Made by a program: the position numbers and the translations under genes
Shown here: positions 18,581 through 27,232 of the stretch, piece by piece
How the letters are laid out: the number at the start of each line of letters is the position of its first letter
Position numbering within the stretch: the stretch's first letter is position 1
The notes under the pieces: generated by a model
Database searches by the model: none
What the model was told of the DNA's origin: nothing
Seen by the model: only the letters and a program-made list of their open reading frames with translations
Source: Candidatus Omnitrophota bacterium
GTDB taxonomy: Bacteria; Omnitrophota; Gorgyraeia; Duberdicusellales; 4484-171
Reading direction: 5' to 3'
Length of the DNA: 63,069 nucleotides
NCBI GenBank assembly: GCA_018818105.1
Contig: JAHISK010000098.1
Location: forward strand, 1 to 63,069

Positions 18581-21211
18581 ATGAGAAAATTAGTCAGTTT
18601 AGTAGTATTGGGATTGGTTTTAATTGCGGGTTTTAGTGTTTCCGCGGCGGATGAGGGGCCGGCTGATGTGTATGTGGATAGAAGTACGAATGTTCTTATG
18701 GTAAAAAAGTCAGGCGAGATTAAATATAGTCCTTTTATTATAAAAGGAGTAAATTGGTCGCCGGCAACAAAAGCGCCTAAATATGGAGCGAAATTAGACG
18801 GATCGGGATATTATAGAGGCGATAAGTTTATTCCGTTTGAAACAGAATATGGGTTTTTTGGAGGAATAGAAGGAAAAGAGCTTTTGAATGGTTGGTTAAG
18901 AAATGAACTTTTTCAGCATTATAAAGATAGCCAGGATAAAGAGGGTATTAAAAAAGGAGATATTACTTTAATAAAAGAGATGAATACAACAGCAGTAAGA
19001 ATATCTGCTAATTTGGGAAGTAATTTAGATAAATATGAAGATTATGAAAATAAAATAAAAGAAGTTTTGGATGAATTTTATGCCAAAGATATTATGGTTA
19101 TTCTTACTGTGGCTTTAGATGAGGAAGATATAAGTCATCAAAAATACAAGAAAATTGTAAATTCCTATAAAGATCATCCAGCTATTCTTATGTGGGTAAT
19201 AGGAGATGAATGGAATTTTAATAAATTTAATTCTAGTTCTTGGGATTTAGAAAAAAGTATTAAAGTTGTTAATACTATCGCTGGTGAGATTCAAGCAATT
19301 GACACTCATCATCCTGTTTGTTCAGTTTTGGCGTCATATAGTGAAGCAAAAGATGTCCATTATAATTCTGCCATTGCGGCTGAACGTTTAGGAGGTAGTA
19401 CTATAGACGATATCTCGGCTATTTTGAAAGCGTGTTCTAATATTGATGTCTGGGGTGTTAGTATTTATAATGGAGATAATTTTGGTGATCTTTTTGAACA
19501 ATGGGGGGATCAATGGAACAGGTGTGGACAAATAGTTAAGCCATTTTTTATTAGTGCGTTTGGTGTGGATAGTTTTTGTACGAATGCCTTTAAGCTATAT
19601 GGTGGAAGAAATAATCATTTAGGAGTAAAATTGGCTGATCAAATTCGTGGACAAGAAGATCAGGAAACCCAAGCTATGGTTAATGCTAAACTTTGGCGTG
19701 AGATTGTGGCACATTTAGCGACAGATACATATGGCGAACAATGTTTAGGAGGGTTAGTTAGTAATTTTAATGATGAATTATGGCGTGTTGGTAATAAGTA
19801 CGCGGGGATAGATTTAAAAAAGTTGGATTCATATAAGTATATTCGATGGAATAAGGATACTGCTACCAGTTACGATGATTATAATTATGAAGGTTTTGTT
19901 TTGCAAAGAATTAGTCCTGATAGTAATAATCCCGATAAAAGTTATATTATTCAAAATGTAGAGTGGCTGGGTGTTGTTACTGCTGATAGAGTTCCAAAAT
20001 TGACGTATACAAGAATGCAGGAAGAGTGGATGGATAATGCCGTGGTTCTTACTACCCCGGTAGTTACGGATACGGGAGAATATACAGATAACAGTAGAAA
20101 ACTTTCCGCGTCATGGACAATCCCTCAGGGCGCGAAAGAGTTTAAATATAGAATTACCGAAGGAGGGATAGATAGATATTCTCGAATAGTTGTGGATTGG
20201 AAATCTGTTGGAGAGAGTAATTCTGTTGATGTTGATAATTTGAATTTAGTTAATGGAGTTAAGTATTATTTTAGCGTTAAAGCTATAAATGAAGCAGGCT
20301 CGGAGCAAATTGGATATTCCGATGGTATAACAATAGATACTACACCGATAATTACTAAGTTTAACAAACAGTGGGTTGTTCCTGGTTCTTATTTTATTAT
20401 TCGAGGCAACGATTTTGGTAAATATAATTCATCTGTAAGTGTTAGATTTATAGGAAATAGTGATGCTGCTAACGCTGAGATCCGTGTATGGAGAGATGAT
20501 TATATTTTTTGTGTAGTACCTAAAATTGAAACGGGAGAATATACAGTAACAATTACTAATAGTACGGGGAAAAAAATAGAAGGTAAAGAAAAAAAGGTTA
20601 ATGTATCAAAAAATGTTTATGTAACTGGTTTAAATCCTTCATTTGGAAAAACCGGAGAAGAGATGAAAGTTCAGGGTAGTAATTTTGGAGTGAAAGACGG
20701 TGATAGTAAAGTATATATCTATGATAGGGCTATGCAAAAAGTTGAATGTGAAATAAATTCTTGGTGTGATTGGATGATTAACATTGTTATACCAAAGGAT
20801 ATAAGTAAAAGTGATTACTATAGAATTAGAGTAGAAACAAAAGATGGTAAAAGTTATTTGAGGTGGTTCTATATTTATAAAAAAGATATTAGGATATACT
20901 CGATGAGTCCTTCTTCAGGGGTAATAGGTCAATACGTGACATTATATGGCATGAATTTTGGAAACAAAGATGATAATAGTAAAGTTTATCTATATGACTC
21001 AACAAATAATAAAATTGAGGGTAATATTGTTGAGTGGAAGTGGAGTAATTATTCAATTGTGTTTAAAATACCAGAGGTAGATAAATTTGGTATTTATAAA
21101 GTAAAAGTAGAAACTAAAAACGGAATGAGTAATTTAATGAACTTAACCGTTCGAGATAATTCAACTAGCCGATATTCATCATGGTTAAGAAGGTTTATGG
21201 GCCGTTTTTAA
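18581..21211 (+). CDS. Secreted multidomain protein: clan GH-A-like TIM barrel + FN3-like domain + 3 IPT/TIG repeats
   Basis: Signal peptide (LVLIAGFSVSAA). HPAILMWVIGDEWNF resembles the GH 'NE' acid/base strand. Three repeats of the type LNPSFGKTGEEMKVQGSNFG. Confidence 0.55.
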   Translation: MRKLVSLVVLGLVLIAGFSVSAADEGPADVYVDRSTNVLMVKKSGEIKYSPFIIKGVNWSPATKAPKYGAKLDGSGYYRGDKFIPFETEYGFFGGIEGKELLNGWLRNELFQHYKDSQDKEGIKKGDITLIKEMNTTAVRISANLGSNLDKYEDYENKIKEVLDEFYAKDIMVILTVALDEEDISHQKYKKIVNSYKDHPAILMWVIGDEWNFNKFNSSSWDLEKSIKVVNTIAGEIQAIDTHHPVCSVLASYSEAKDVHYNSAIAAERLGGSTIDDISAILKACSNIDVWGVSIYNGDNFGDLFEQWGDQWNRCGQIVKPFFISAFGVDSFCTNAFKLYGGRNNHLGVKLADQIRGQEDQETQAMVNAKLWREIVAHLATDTYGEQCLGGLVSNFNDELWRVGNKYAGIDLKKLDSYKYIRWNKDTATSYDDYNYEGFVLQRISPDSNNPDKSYIIQNVEWLGVVTADRVPKLTYTRMQEEWMDNAVVLTTPVVTDTGEYTDNSRKLSASWTIPQGAKEFKYRITEGGIDRYSRIVVDWKSVGESNSVDVDNLNLVNGVKYYFSVKAINEAGSEQIGYSDGITIDTTPIITKFNKQWVVPGSYFIIRGNDFGKYNSSVSVRFIGNSDAANAEIRVWRDDYIFCVVPKIETGEYTVTITNSTGKKIEGKEKKVNVSKNVYVTGLNPSFGKTGEEMKVQGSNFGVKDGDSKVYIYDRAMQKVECEINSWCDWMINIVIPKDISKSDYYRIRVETKDGKSYLRWFYIYKKDIRIYSMSPSSGVIGQYVTLYGMNFGNKDDNSKVYLYDSTNNKIEGNIVEWKWSNYSIVFKIPEVDKFGIYKVKVETKNGMSNLMNLTVRDNSTSRYSSWLRRFMGRF

Positions 21212-21227
21212 GGTTAAAGAAATTGAA

Positions 21228-21749
21228 ATGAAATCTAAAACCAAAATGATCAGTTTAGCATTGGTCGTTTTAGGATGCTTGATTTTTAGCGGATGCGCCA
21301 GAACTATTATGTATGGCGCGCAGCAGATTCCGTCTTCTGTTGGACAGATTCGTAAAGGCTGGTCAACGAAAGAGGATGTTATCACCATGCTAGGAAATCC
21401 CGCTCAAGTTACGCGTTCCGATTTGGGCGAAGAAGTTTTAGTTTATGAGGCGGTAACCGAGAGGCCGCGGGCTTCCATTTGGTCGGTGATTTTTTTTGAT
21501 ATTGGGTCTAAACCGGGAATGAAAAAACAGACGACCAGGTTAACGGTTACCCTTGATTCCATCCAGGTAGTACGGGACTACAAAGTAGATGAATTATATA
21601 CTGAGTATTTAGTTCCTGCTTATGGAGATAATAACGCCGCCGCCCATAATGCCGCAATCGGTCACGCTAATATTCAACGGCAGCATAATATATCAAGGCA
21701 GCATCAGGCTAGTGTTCAACAGCGTTATAATATGCCGGGGCGGTATTAA
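21228..21749 (+). CDS. Lipoprotein with BamE/SmpA_OmlA-like domain
   Basis: Lipobox LIFSGC, GWSTKEDVITMLGNPAQV, Q/H-rich C-terminal tail. Lies 16 nt after the preceding ORF. Confidence 0.55.
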   Translation: MKSKTKMISLALVVLGCLIFSGCARTIMYGAQQIPSSVGQIRKGWSTKEDVITMLGNPAQVTRSDLGEEVLVYEAVTERPRASIWSVIFFDIGSKPGMKKQTTRLTVTLDSIQVVRDYKVDELYTEYLVPAYGDNNAAAHNAAIGHANIQRQHNISRQHQASVQQRYNMPGRY

Positions 21750-21771
21750 TCAATTTAAACTTATCAATGAC

Positions 21772-21808
21772 ATCGTTCACAAAAAAGCCTGGCTTTTTTG
21801 TGAACGAT
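21772..21808 (+). terminator. Intrinsic-terminator-like hairpin after the lipoprotein gene
   Basis: ATCGTTCACAAAAAAGCC-TG-GCTTTTTTGTGAACGAT (17-bp stem) followed by an A/T-rich tract. Confidence 0.7.
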
Positions 21809-21856
21809 ATTATATTATTTAGAGAATAACTTTGTATAGATTTTTATTCCCTCCGG

Positions 21857-21865
21857 TGCTATAAT
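21857..21865 (+). promoter_or_regulatory. Extended -10 (TGCTATAAT) upstream of gspE
   Basis: Lies about 40 nt upstream of ATG 21905, just after a strong terminator hairpin. Confidence 0.4.
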
Positions 21866-21904
21866 TTTTATAGTTCAATTTTATCACCCGTTAAAATTTA
21901 TCTT

Positions 21905-23599
21905 ATGAATCAAGATTATCAAAAAAGTAAATTGATAGGAGAAATTCTACTTGCTGAAGGAGTAATTACTTCTAATCAGTTAGCTGACGCTTTAGAGTTT
22001 CAACAGAAAAACGGCGGTTTTTTTTGTTCTATTATCGTGAAAATGGGATTTTCTCAGCCTCAGGATGTGTTTAAGGTCTTAGCTGGACAGTTAGGCGTTG
22101 ATTATGTTGACCTAAAAAAAGAAAAGATTGAGCCTAAAGCTGTTTCCAAGGTGCCCGTTAAATTAGCCCTTCATTATGAAATGATGCCGTATAGGTTCGA
22201 TAAGCAAACGCTGGTCATAGCGTTATCAGACCCTTTAGATATTCATAAACTGGATGATTTAAAATTATTACTGGATATAGATATAAGGGCTGTTTTAAGT
22301 TATGAAAAAGACGTTTTAGAAACTATTCAGAAGTATTATGGTGTAGGCGCTGATATTTTGGAAGATATGATGAGCCAGTCGGACGTTGAAGATAAGATAA
22401 GAGTGAGAGCTTCCACTGTTGAGGATATAGAAACCGCGGTCGAAGACGCCTCCATTATTAAATTTGTGAATCATATTTTTACTCAAGGCATAGAAGAAAG
22501 AGCGACGGATATTCATTTAGAACCTTACGAAAACGAGTTAAGAGTTAGGTTTCGTATAGACGGTTTTTTATATGAAGTGCCTATCCCTGAATCTATAAAA
22601 CTGTTTCATCAGGCGATTGTTTCCCGCGTGAAAATCATGGCAGCGTTAGATATTGCCGAACATCGTCTTCCTCAGGACGGGCGTATAAAGATAAAAATAA
22701 AAGGAAGTGAATTGGATTTGCGTGTTTCAATCTTGCCGTCGGCGTATGGAGAGTCAGTTCAAGTAAGAATATTAAGTCCCGCGTCTTTTATGCGATTAGA
22801 TAATTTAGGCTTAATGAAAGATGATTTAAAGAAAATTGAAGGCCTGATAAATAAGCCTTATGGCATAGTTTTTGTTACTGGGCCTACGGGCAGCGGTAAA
22901 TCCACCACGCTTTACGCCGCCTTAAGTGAAAAAAATGTTGCCGGCAATAAGATTATCACGACCGAGGATCCTATAGAGTATCAGCTTAGGGGAATAACTC
23001 AGATTCAGGTTCTTCCTAAGATAGGGTTAACTTTCGCTGAAGGATTGCGCAGTATTTTAAGGCATGACCCTGACATCATAATGGTTGGTGAGGTAAGAGA
23101 CGCTGAGACTGCTGAGATAACTATTCGTTCGGCAATGACAGGGCATCTTGTTTTTTCCACGCTGCATACTAATGACGCGGCAAGCGCTCCTACGCGCCTT
23201 ATTGATATGGGTATTGAACCTTTTTTGGTGGCGTCGTCGCTAGAAGGCATCATTGCTCAGCGGTTAGTTCGAGTAATATGCTCTAAATGTAAGAAGAAAG
23301 TATCTGTTTCTACCGAAATTCTTAAGAAGTCCGGCATAGATTTAAAAGAAAAAAGTATAGAAGTTTTCGAAGGTAAAGGCTGTCAAAGTTGTCGCCAGAC
23401 AGGATTTAAGGGGAGAACCGCTATTTTTGAAGTGTTAATGATGACTGACGAGATTAGGGAATTAATATTTAAGCGGGTTACCAGTCAGGTTATTAAAGAA
23501 CAGGCGTTAATTCAAGGGATGCACACTTTAAGACAGGACGGTTTGAGGAAGGTTTTATCAGGAGTAACTACCTTAGGCGAAGTTATGAGAGTTACATAA
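21905..23599 (+). CDS. gspE: Type II secretion / type IV pilus assembly ATPase
   Basis: T2SSE_N-like N-terminus, Walker A GPTGSGKSTT, MVGEVRD, tetracysteine CSKC...CQSC. Confidence 0.93.
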   Translation: MNQDYQKSKLIGEILLAEGVITSNQLADALEFQQKNGGFFCSIIVKMGFSQPQDVFKVLAGQLGVDYVDLKKEKIEPKAVSKVPVKLALHYEMMPYRFDKQTLVIALSDPLDIHKLDDLKLLLDIDIRAVLSYEKDVLETIQKYYGVGADILEDMMSQSDVEDKIRVRASTVEDIETAVEDASIIKFVNHIFTQGIEERATDIHLEPYENELRVRFRIDGFLYEVPIPESIKLFHQAIVSRVKIMAALDIAEHRLPQDGRIKIKIKGSELDLRVSILPSAYGESVQVRILSPASFMRLDNLGLMKDDLKKIEGLINKPYGIVFVTGPTGSGKSTTLYAALSEKNVAGNKIITTEDPIEYQLRGITQIQVLPKIGLTFAEGLRSILRHDPDIIMVGEVRDAETAEITIRSAMTGHLVFSTLHTNDAASAPTRLIDMGIEPFLVASSLEGIIAQRLVRVICSKCKKKVSVSTEILKKSGIDLKEKSIEVFEGKGCQSCRQTGFKGRTAIFEVLMMTDEIRELIFKRVTSQVIKEQALIQGMHTLRQDGLRKVLSGVTTLGEVMRVT

Positions 23600-23600
23600 A

Positions 23601-23635
23601 TAGTATTTAGTCGTTAGTATATAGTATTTAGTGAA
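23601..23635 (+). repeat. TAGTNNN heptad array (5 units) after gspE
   Basis: TAGTATT TAGTCGT TAGTATA TAGTATT TAGTGAA. Same word as at 15913 and 40961. Confidence 0.85.
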
Positions 23636-23653
23636 GATAATTCCGAACTCAAT

Positions 23654-24844
23654 ATGTCTATATTTTTGTATAAAGCAAAGAAAGGGCCGTCTGAGATTGT
23701 CGAAGGCCAAATAGAAGCGCAGAGTAATCAGGAAGCGGTATCAAAACTAGACGCCTTAGACCTTTTTCCTCTAGTAATAAAAGAAAAAAAAGTTTCCTTT
23801 GGACGTAAATCAAAAGTCGCGTTAAAGGATTTAGTAGAATTTACCCATCAGCTTGCTACTTTAATTAATTCGGGATCAACGCTTATATCAAGTCTTAGTA
23901 CGTTAGCGTCTGCGACTGATCAGTCAAATCTTAAACCAGTAGTTTTAGATGTAATTGCTCAAGTTAAAGAAGGTGTGCATTTTTCTCAGGCGTTGGAGAA
24001 ATATCCTTATATTTTTTCTCAATTATACATTTCTTTAGTTAAGACCGGTGAAGCTTCCGGTACTTTAGGGCAAAACTTATCACGTATCGCTCAGTTTTTA
24101 GAAGAAGAATTAGATTTCTACACTAACATAATTTCAATTTTAACTTACCCTTTTATAATCGTTGGAGTGGGAATATTGACTATTTTTGCTTTACTGAAAT
24201 TTGTTATTCCGAAATTAGTGGGTATTTTTGATGATATTGGCCAGGCGCTTCCTTTACCGACATTAATATTAAAAAATATTTCTGATGTGTTTTCACGGTA
24301 TTGGATTATTATCTTAGGCGCAGGTATTCTTTGCGTCTTTATTGTAAAGAGGTATTTTCTAATTCCTAAAAATAGGATCTGGTGGGATGAAGTTAAATTG
24401 AAGATGCCGTTGGTAGGCGTGTTGCTTAAGAAAATTGAAATAGCGAGGTTTTCCAGAACATTATCGATTCTTCTTAAAAACGGGGTTACTATTGATTCAT
24501 CGTTGAGGGTTGTTACAAAAACTATTTCGAATGTTTTTTTTCAACGCCAGGTAGAACGGGTAGAAAAACAAATTAAAGAAGGGATGTCTTTAAATGAGGC
24601 ATTGAAGTCAATTAATGTTTTCCCGGCTACTTTTATCAATGTTGTTACAGTCGGCGAGGAGTCAGGTTCTTTAGATAATGTTTTAGAGAACTTATCCGTT
24701 GATTACAATAAAGAAATTCACCGGAAAATGAAAGCGGTGTTAGGTATTTTAGAGCCTATGCTGATTTTAGGCGTGGGCGTAATAGTGGGATTTGTTGTTT
24801 TAGCGATGCTGTTGCCTATTTTTCAGATAGATTTTAATTTTTGA
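23654..24844 (+). CDS. gspF: Type II secretion platform protein
   Basis: Two GspF/PilC repeats separated by TM helices. Directly downstream of gspE. Confidence 0.9.
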   Translation: MSIFLYKAKKGPSEIVEGQIEAQSNQEAVSKLDALDLFPLVIKEKKVSFGRKSKVALKDLVEFTHQLATLINSGSTLISSLSTLASATDQSNLKPVVLDVIAQVKEGVHFSQALEKYPYIFSQLYISLVKTGEASGTLGQNLSRIAQFLEEELDFYTNIISILTYPFIIVGVGILTIFALLKFVIPKLVGIFDDIGQALPLPTLILKNISDVFSRYWIIILGAGILCVFIVKRYFLIPKNRIWWDEVKLKMPLVGVLLKKIEIARFSRTLSILLKNGVTIDSSLRVVTKTISNVFFQRQVERVEKQIKEGMSLNEALKSINVFPATFINVVTVGEESGSLDNVLENLSVDYNKEIHRKMKAVLGILEPMLILGVGVIVGFVVLAMLLPIFQIDFNF

Positions 24845-24872
24845 GAGCGTTGATATGTGTTTGCAGTGCGTT

Positions 24873-25020
24873 AAGAATCAAAAACGAATTTTTTCGGGAA
24901 CGCAAAAATTCCCTGCGAGAATTTTTACTGGCGCTTCACCCTTAAAAATCCTTCCTTTCAGGAAGGATACCATGCTTTTAAAGGTTCAGAGCCTCCCTCT
25001 TAAAATTGTTTTTGATTCTT
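24873..25020. other. 148-nt nested-hairpin element in the gspF-gspG spacer (structured leader or MITE)
   Basis: Outer IR AAGAATCAAAAACGAATTTT / AAAATTGTTTTTGATTCTT. Inner CCTTAAAA-ATCCTTCC-TTTC-AGGAAGGAT-ACCATGC-TTTTAAAGG. Confidence 0.6.
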
Positions 25021-25131
25021 TCCATAATTTGTAAACTTTAATCGTTGAAAGTATACATGATAATTTTTTTAAATTTTTAGAATAAAGTTAAGAGTTTAAT
25101 AATATGCGTGGGTAGAGAGGAGGAATTGAAA

Positions 25132-25521
25132 ATGAAAAAGGGGTTTACTTTAATTGAATTAATGTTGGTTGTAATTATTATTGGTATTTTAGCCGGTGTA
25201 GTTGCTCCACGATTAGCTGGTCGGGCCGAAAAAGCTAAGCAGGAAGTTGCTCGGGCGGCTGTTACGGCAAGTCTTCCCGCGGCAATAGACCTTTATGAGT
25301 TAGACGTTGGCAGTTATCCTCAAAGTTTAGATGATTTAGCGACTCAGCCTTCAGACGCCCAAAGTTGGGATGGTCCATATTTAAAAAAAGCGGCGCGTGA
25401 TCCATGGGGAAGAGATTATCATTATAGTTATCCTTCAGAACACGGCGGTGATTTTGATGTTGCTTCAGAGGGTCGTGATGGTATTTTAGGAAGTGAGGAT
25501 GACATTGTTAGTTGGGAGTAG
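25132..25521 (+). CDS. gspG: Major pseudopilin GspG
   Basis: Prepilin leader MKKG/FTLIELM with Glu+5. GspG-like C-terminus DGPYL...DPWGRDYHY. GAGGAGG RBS before ATG 25132 (track start 25108). Confidence 0.9.
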   Translation: MKKGFTLIELMLVVIIIGILAGVVAPRLAGRAEKAKQEVARAAVTASLPAAIDLYELDVGSYPQSLDDLATQPSDAQSWDGPYLKKAARDPWGRDYHYSYPSEHGGDFDVASEGRDGILGSEDDIVSWE

Positions 25522-25529
25522 TAGAGAAA

Positions 25530-25551
25530 GGGTCAAGGGTCAAGGGTCAAG
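25530..25551 (+). repeat. GGGTCAA heptad array (3 units)
   Basis: GGGTCAA x3, followed 14 nt later by a GTAG hairpin. Confidence 0.9.
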
Positions 25552-25565
25552 AAAATTTAAAATAT

Positions 25566-25591
25566 GTAGGGGAGGGTTTGTAACCCTCCCG
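25566..25591 (+). repeat. GTAG-headed hairpin
   Basis: GTAGGGGAGGGTTTGTAACCCTCCCG, identical to 47727-47752. Confidence 0.85.
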
Positions 25592-25641
25592 TTATAAAGA
25601 TTATGGGGGGGTATTGCGTTCCGCGATACGATATAAAGAGA

Positions 25642-26088
25642 ATGTATCGTTTTAAAAAGAGAAGAGGATTTACGTTAATAGAATTGCTTCTGGTTATCAC
25701 GATTATTTCTGTTTTAGCAGGAGTTAGTTTTCCTTTCATAAAAAATACTATTCAATCTACGCGGTTTAAATCTTTTTCCAATAAAACGTATCTGTTTTTA
25801 GATTACGCTAAAACACAAGCTATTCTTAGAAGTATAGTTTTAAAAGTTAGAATAGATTTAGATAACGCGATAATGGTTATAATAGAAACAGATGATGAGC
25901 TGGTAGAGTCGGTTGTGTATAAAATCAATATTCCTGAGAAAGTAAGTATAGAATCAGAAAACGAAGAAATCTTTTTCTATCCCGACGGAACACTGCAGCC
26001 GATTCAAATAACAATTTCTGATGATAAAGGACGAAGCATCTTGGTTACGAGTAAGGGAATAGATGGAAAAATTGTGACAGGGCAATAA
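25642..26088 (+). CDS. gspH: Minor pseudopilin (GspH-like)
   Basis: MYRFKKRRG/FTLIELLLV prepilin signal. Track start is 25603. Confidence 0.6.
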   Translation: MYRFKKRRGFTLIELLLVITIISVLAGVSFPFIKNTIQSTRFKSFSNKTYLFLDYAKTQAILRSIVLKVRIDLDNAIMVIIETDDELVESVVYKINIPEKVSIESENEEIFFYPDGTLQPIQITISDDKGRSILVTSKGIDGKIVTGQ

Positions 26089-26101
26089 ATAATATGATAT
26101 A

Positions 26102-26122
26102 TGTAGGGGCCGACCCCCTACA
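26102..26122. repeat. Palindromic GTAG hairpin
   Basis: TGTAGGGG-CCGAC-CCCCTACA. Confidence 0.8.
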
Positions 26123-26145
26123 ATATTTGTAATTCTATTTGAAAA

Positions 26146-26520
26146 ATGAAATCTAATAAAGGAATATTACTGTTTGAAGTCGCGTTTGTTGTTCTTTTGG
26201 TATCTATCATTTCGCTGTTTTTATTTAGAGGGTTTGGTGTTTTTTTAAAAGCGGGAAGAAAGAGCCTAGATTATCTTAAGTTGAGCAGCTTGGTAGAGGA
26301 AAAATTTTGGGATTTAGAAATGATTGAGGCAAAAGATGGATTTTTGTCTAAGGATGTAGCGTCGAGGGGTGAGTTTGAGCGGATACCTTTTAAATGGAAT
26401 ATGAATCTTGTGACGGTTGACGATAGTAGTTTGAATAAATGTATTTTAAAAATAGAACGCCAGGGTAATCGAAAATTATCTTTAGACGCGATTATCTTTG
26501 TATCGGTGAAAGAGGAATGA
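26146..26520 (+). CDS. Minor pseudopilin (GspI-like, degenerate leader)
   Basis: MKSNKG/ILLFEV with Glu+5, hydrophobic helix, small size, operon position. Confidence 0.45.
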   Translation: MKSNKGILLFEVAFVVLLVSIISLFLFRGFGVFLKAGRKSLDYLKLSSLVEEKFWDLEMIEAKDGFLSKDVASRGEFERIPFKWNMNLVTVDDSSLNKCILKIERQGNRKLSLDAIIFVSVKEE

Positions 26521-27089
26521 AGAAAGGATTAACTTTAATTGAGGTAATGGTGGCGGCGCTGATTTTTTCATTTATATCAGTTGCCTTATACATGTTGTTG
26601 AGTACAGGGATATCTGTGCGTAAAAAGGTAGAGGCAAAACAGGGAACCTATCAGACCATTAATTTAAATCTGGAAAACATTGCTCTTTCGTTGCGTAACG
26701 TTGTGTTTTTTAGTAATGTTAGTGCTGGATTTAACGGCACTATAGAAGATGATATTCCAAGGTTAGAGTTTTATACGCAGAATTTTGATTACGCGCGGGG
26801 GTATCCTAAAGTTTCACTGGTTAAGTATAGGTTTGAAAGTGGTTTTTTGTATAAGGAAATTAAAAGTCCTTTTGATGAAAATGAAGAAACAACCGAGGTG
26901 GGAATCATTGATGATTTAGAGAATTTTGAAATATTTTATTCTGACACGCAAGGCACAGAAACTAAAACGTGGCAGGATGTTACACAAATACCCAAAGGTG
27001 TAAGGATTAGTTTAGAGTATAAAGATGAAAAGGGACAGTCCCAATTCATGAAAAAACATGTTTTAATATACAGGGATAATGAGCTGTAG
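26517..27089 (+). CDS. Minor pseudopilin (GspJ-like)
   Basis: MKKG/LTLIEVMVAAL. 4-nt overlap with the preceding ORF. The TAG stop lies inside the TIR of a MITE-like element. Confidence 0.55.
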   Translation: MKKGLTLIEVMVAALIFSFISVALYMLLSTGISVRKKVEAKQGTYQTINLNLENIALSLRNVVFFSNVSAGFNGTIEDDIPRLEFYTQNFDYARGYPKVSLVKYRFESGFLYKEIKSPFDENEETTEVGIIDDLENFEIFYSDTQGTETKTWQDVTQIPKGVRISLEYKDEKGQSQFMKKHVLIYRDNEL

Positions 27090-27211
27090 GGGCGCCGCTT
27101 GTCTACGCCCGTAATAATATAAAATTATCAATGATTAAATGAATATATCATTATGCCGAATTATATTAATTGTATAATTAATAATCGGGCGCAGACAAGC
27201 GACGCCCCTAC
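27086..27211 (+). mobile_element. MITE/BIME-like element, copy B (126 bp)
   Basis: Same termini and core (TAATAATATAAAATTAT...AATTAATAAT). Lies inside the T2SS operon and provides the TAG stop of the gspJ-like gene. Confidence 0.85.
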
Positions 27212-27232
27212 GATATTTTTATATTTACTATT

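Noticed and set aside
21622-21822. Track ORF overlapping the 3' end of the lipoprotein gene and its terminator.
   Set aside because: It is an out-of-frame overlap with a supported gene and runs through a 17-bp terminator stem.
25530-25551. The GGGTCAA tandem arrays and the paired GC-rich 26-mers could be read as CRISPR arrays.
   Set aside because: The units are 7 nt with no spacers. The 26-mers occur as one inverted pair per locus around a conserved core, not as direct repeats with variable spacers. No cas genes are present.
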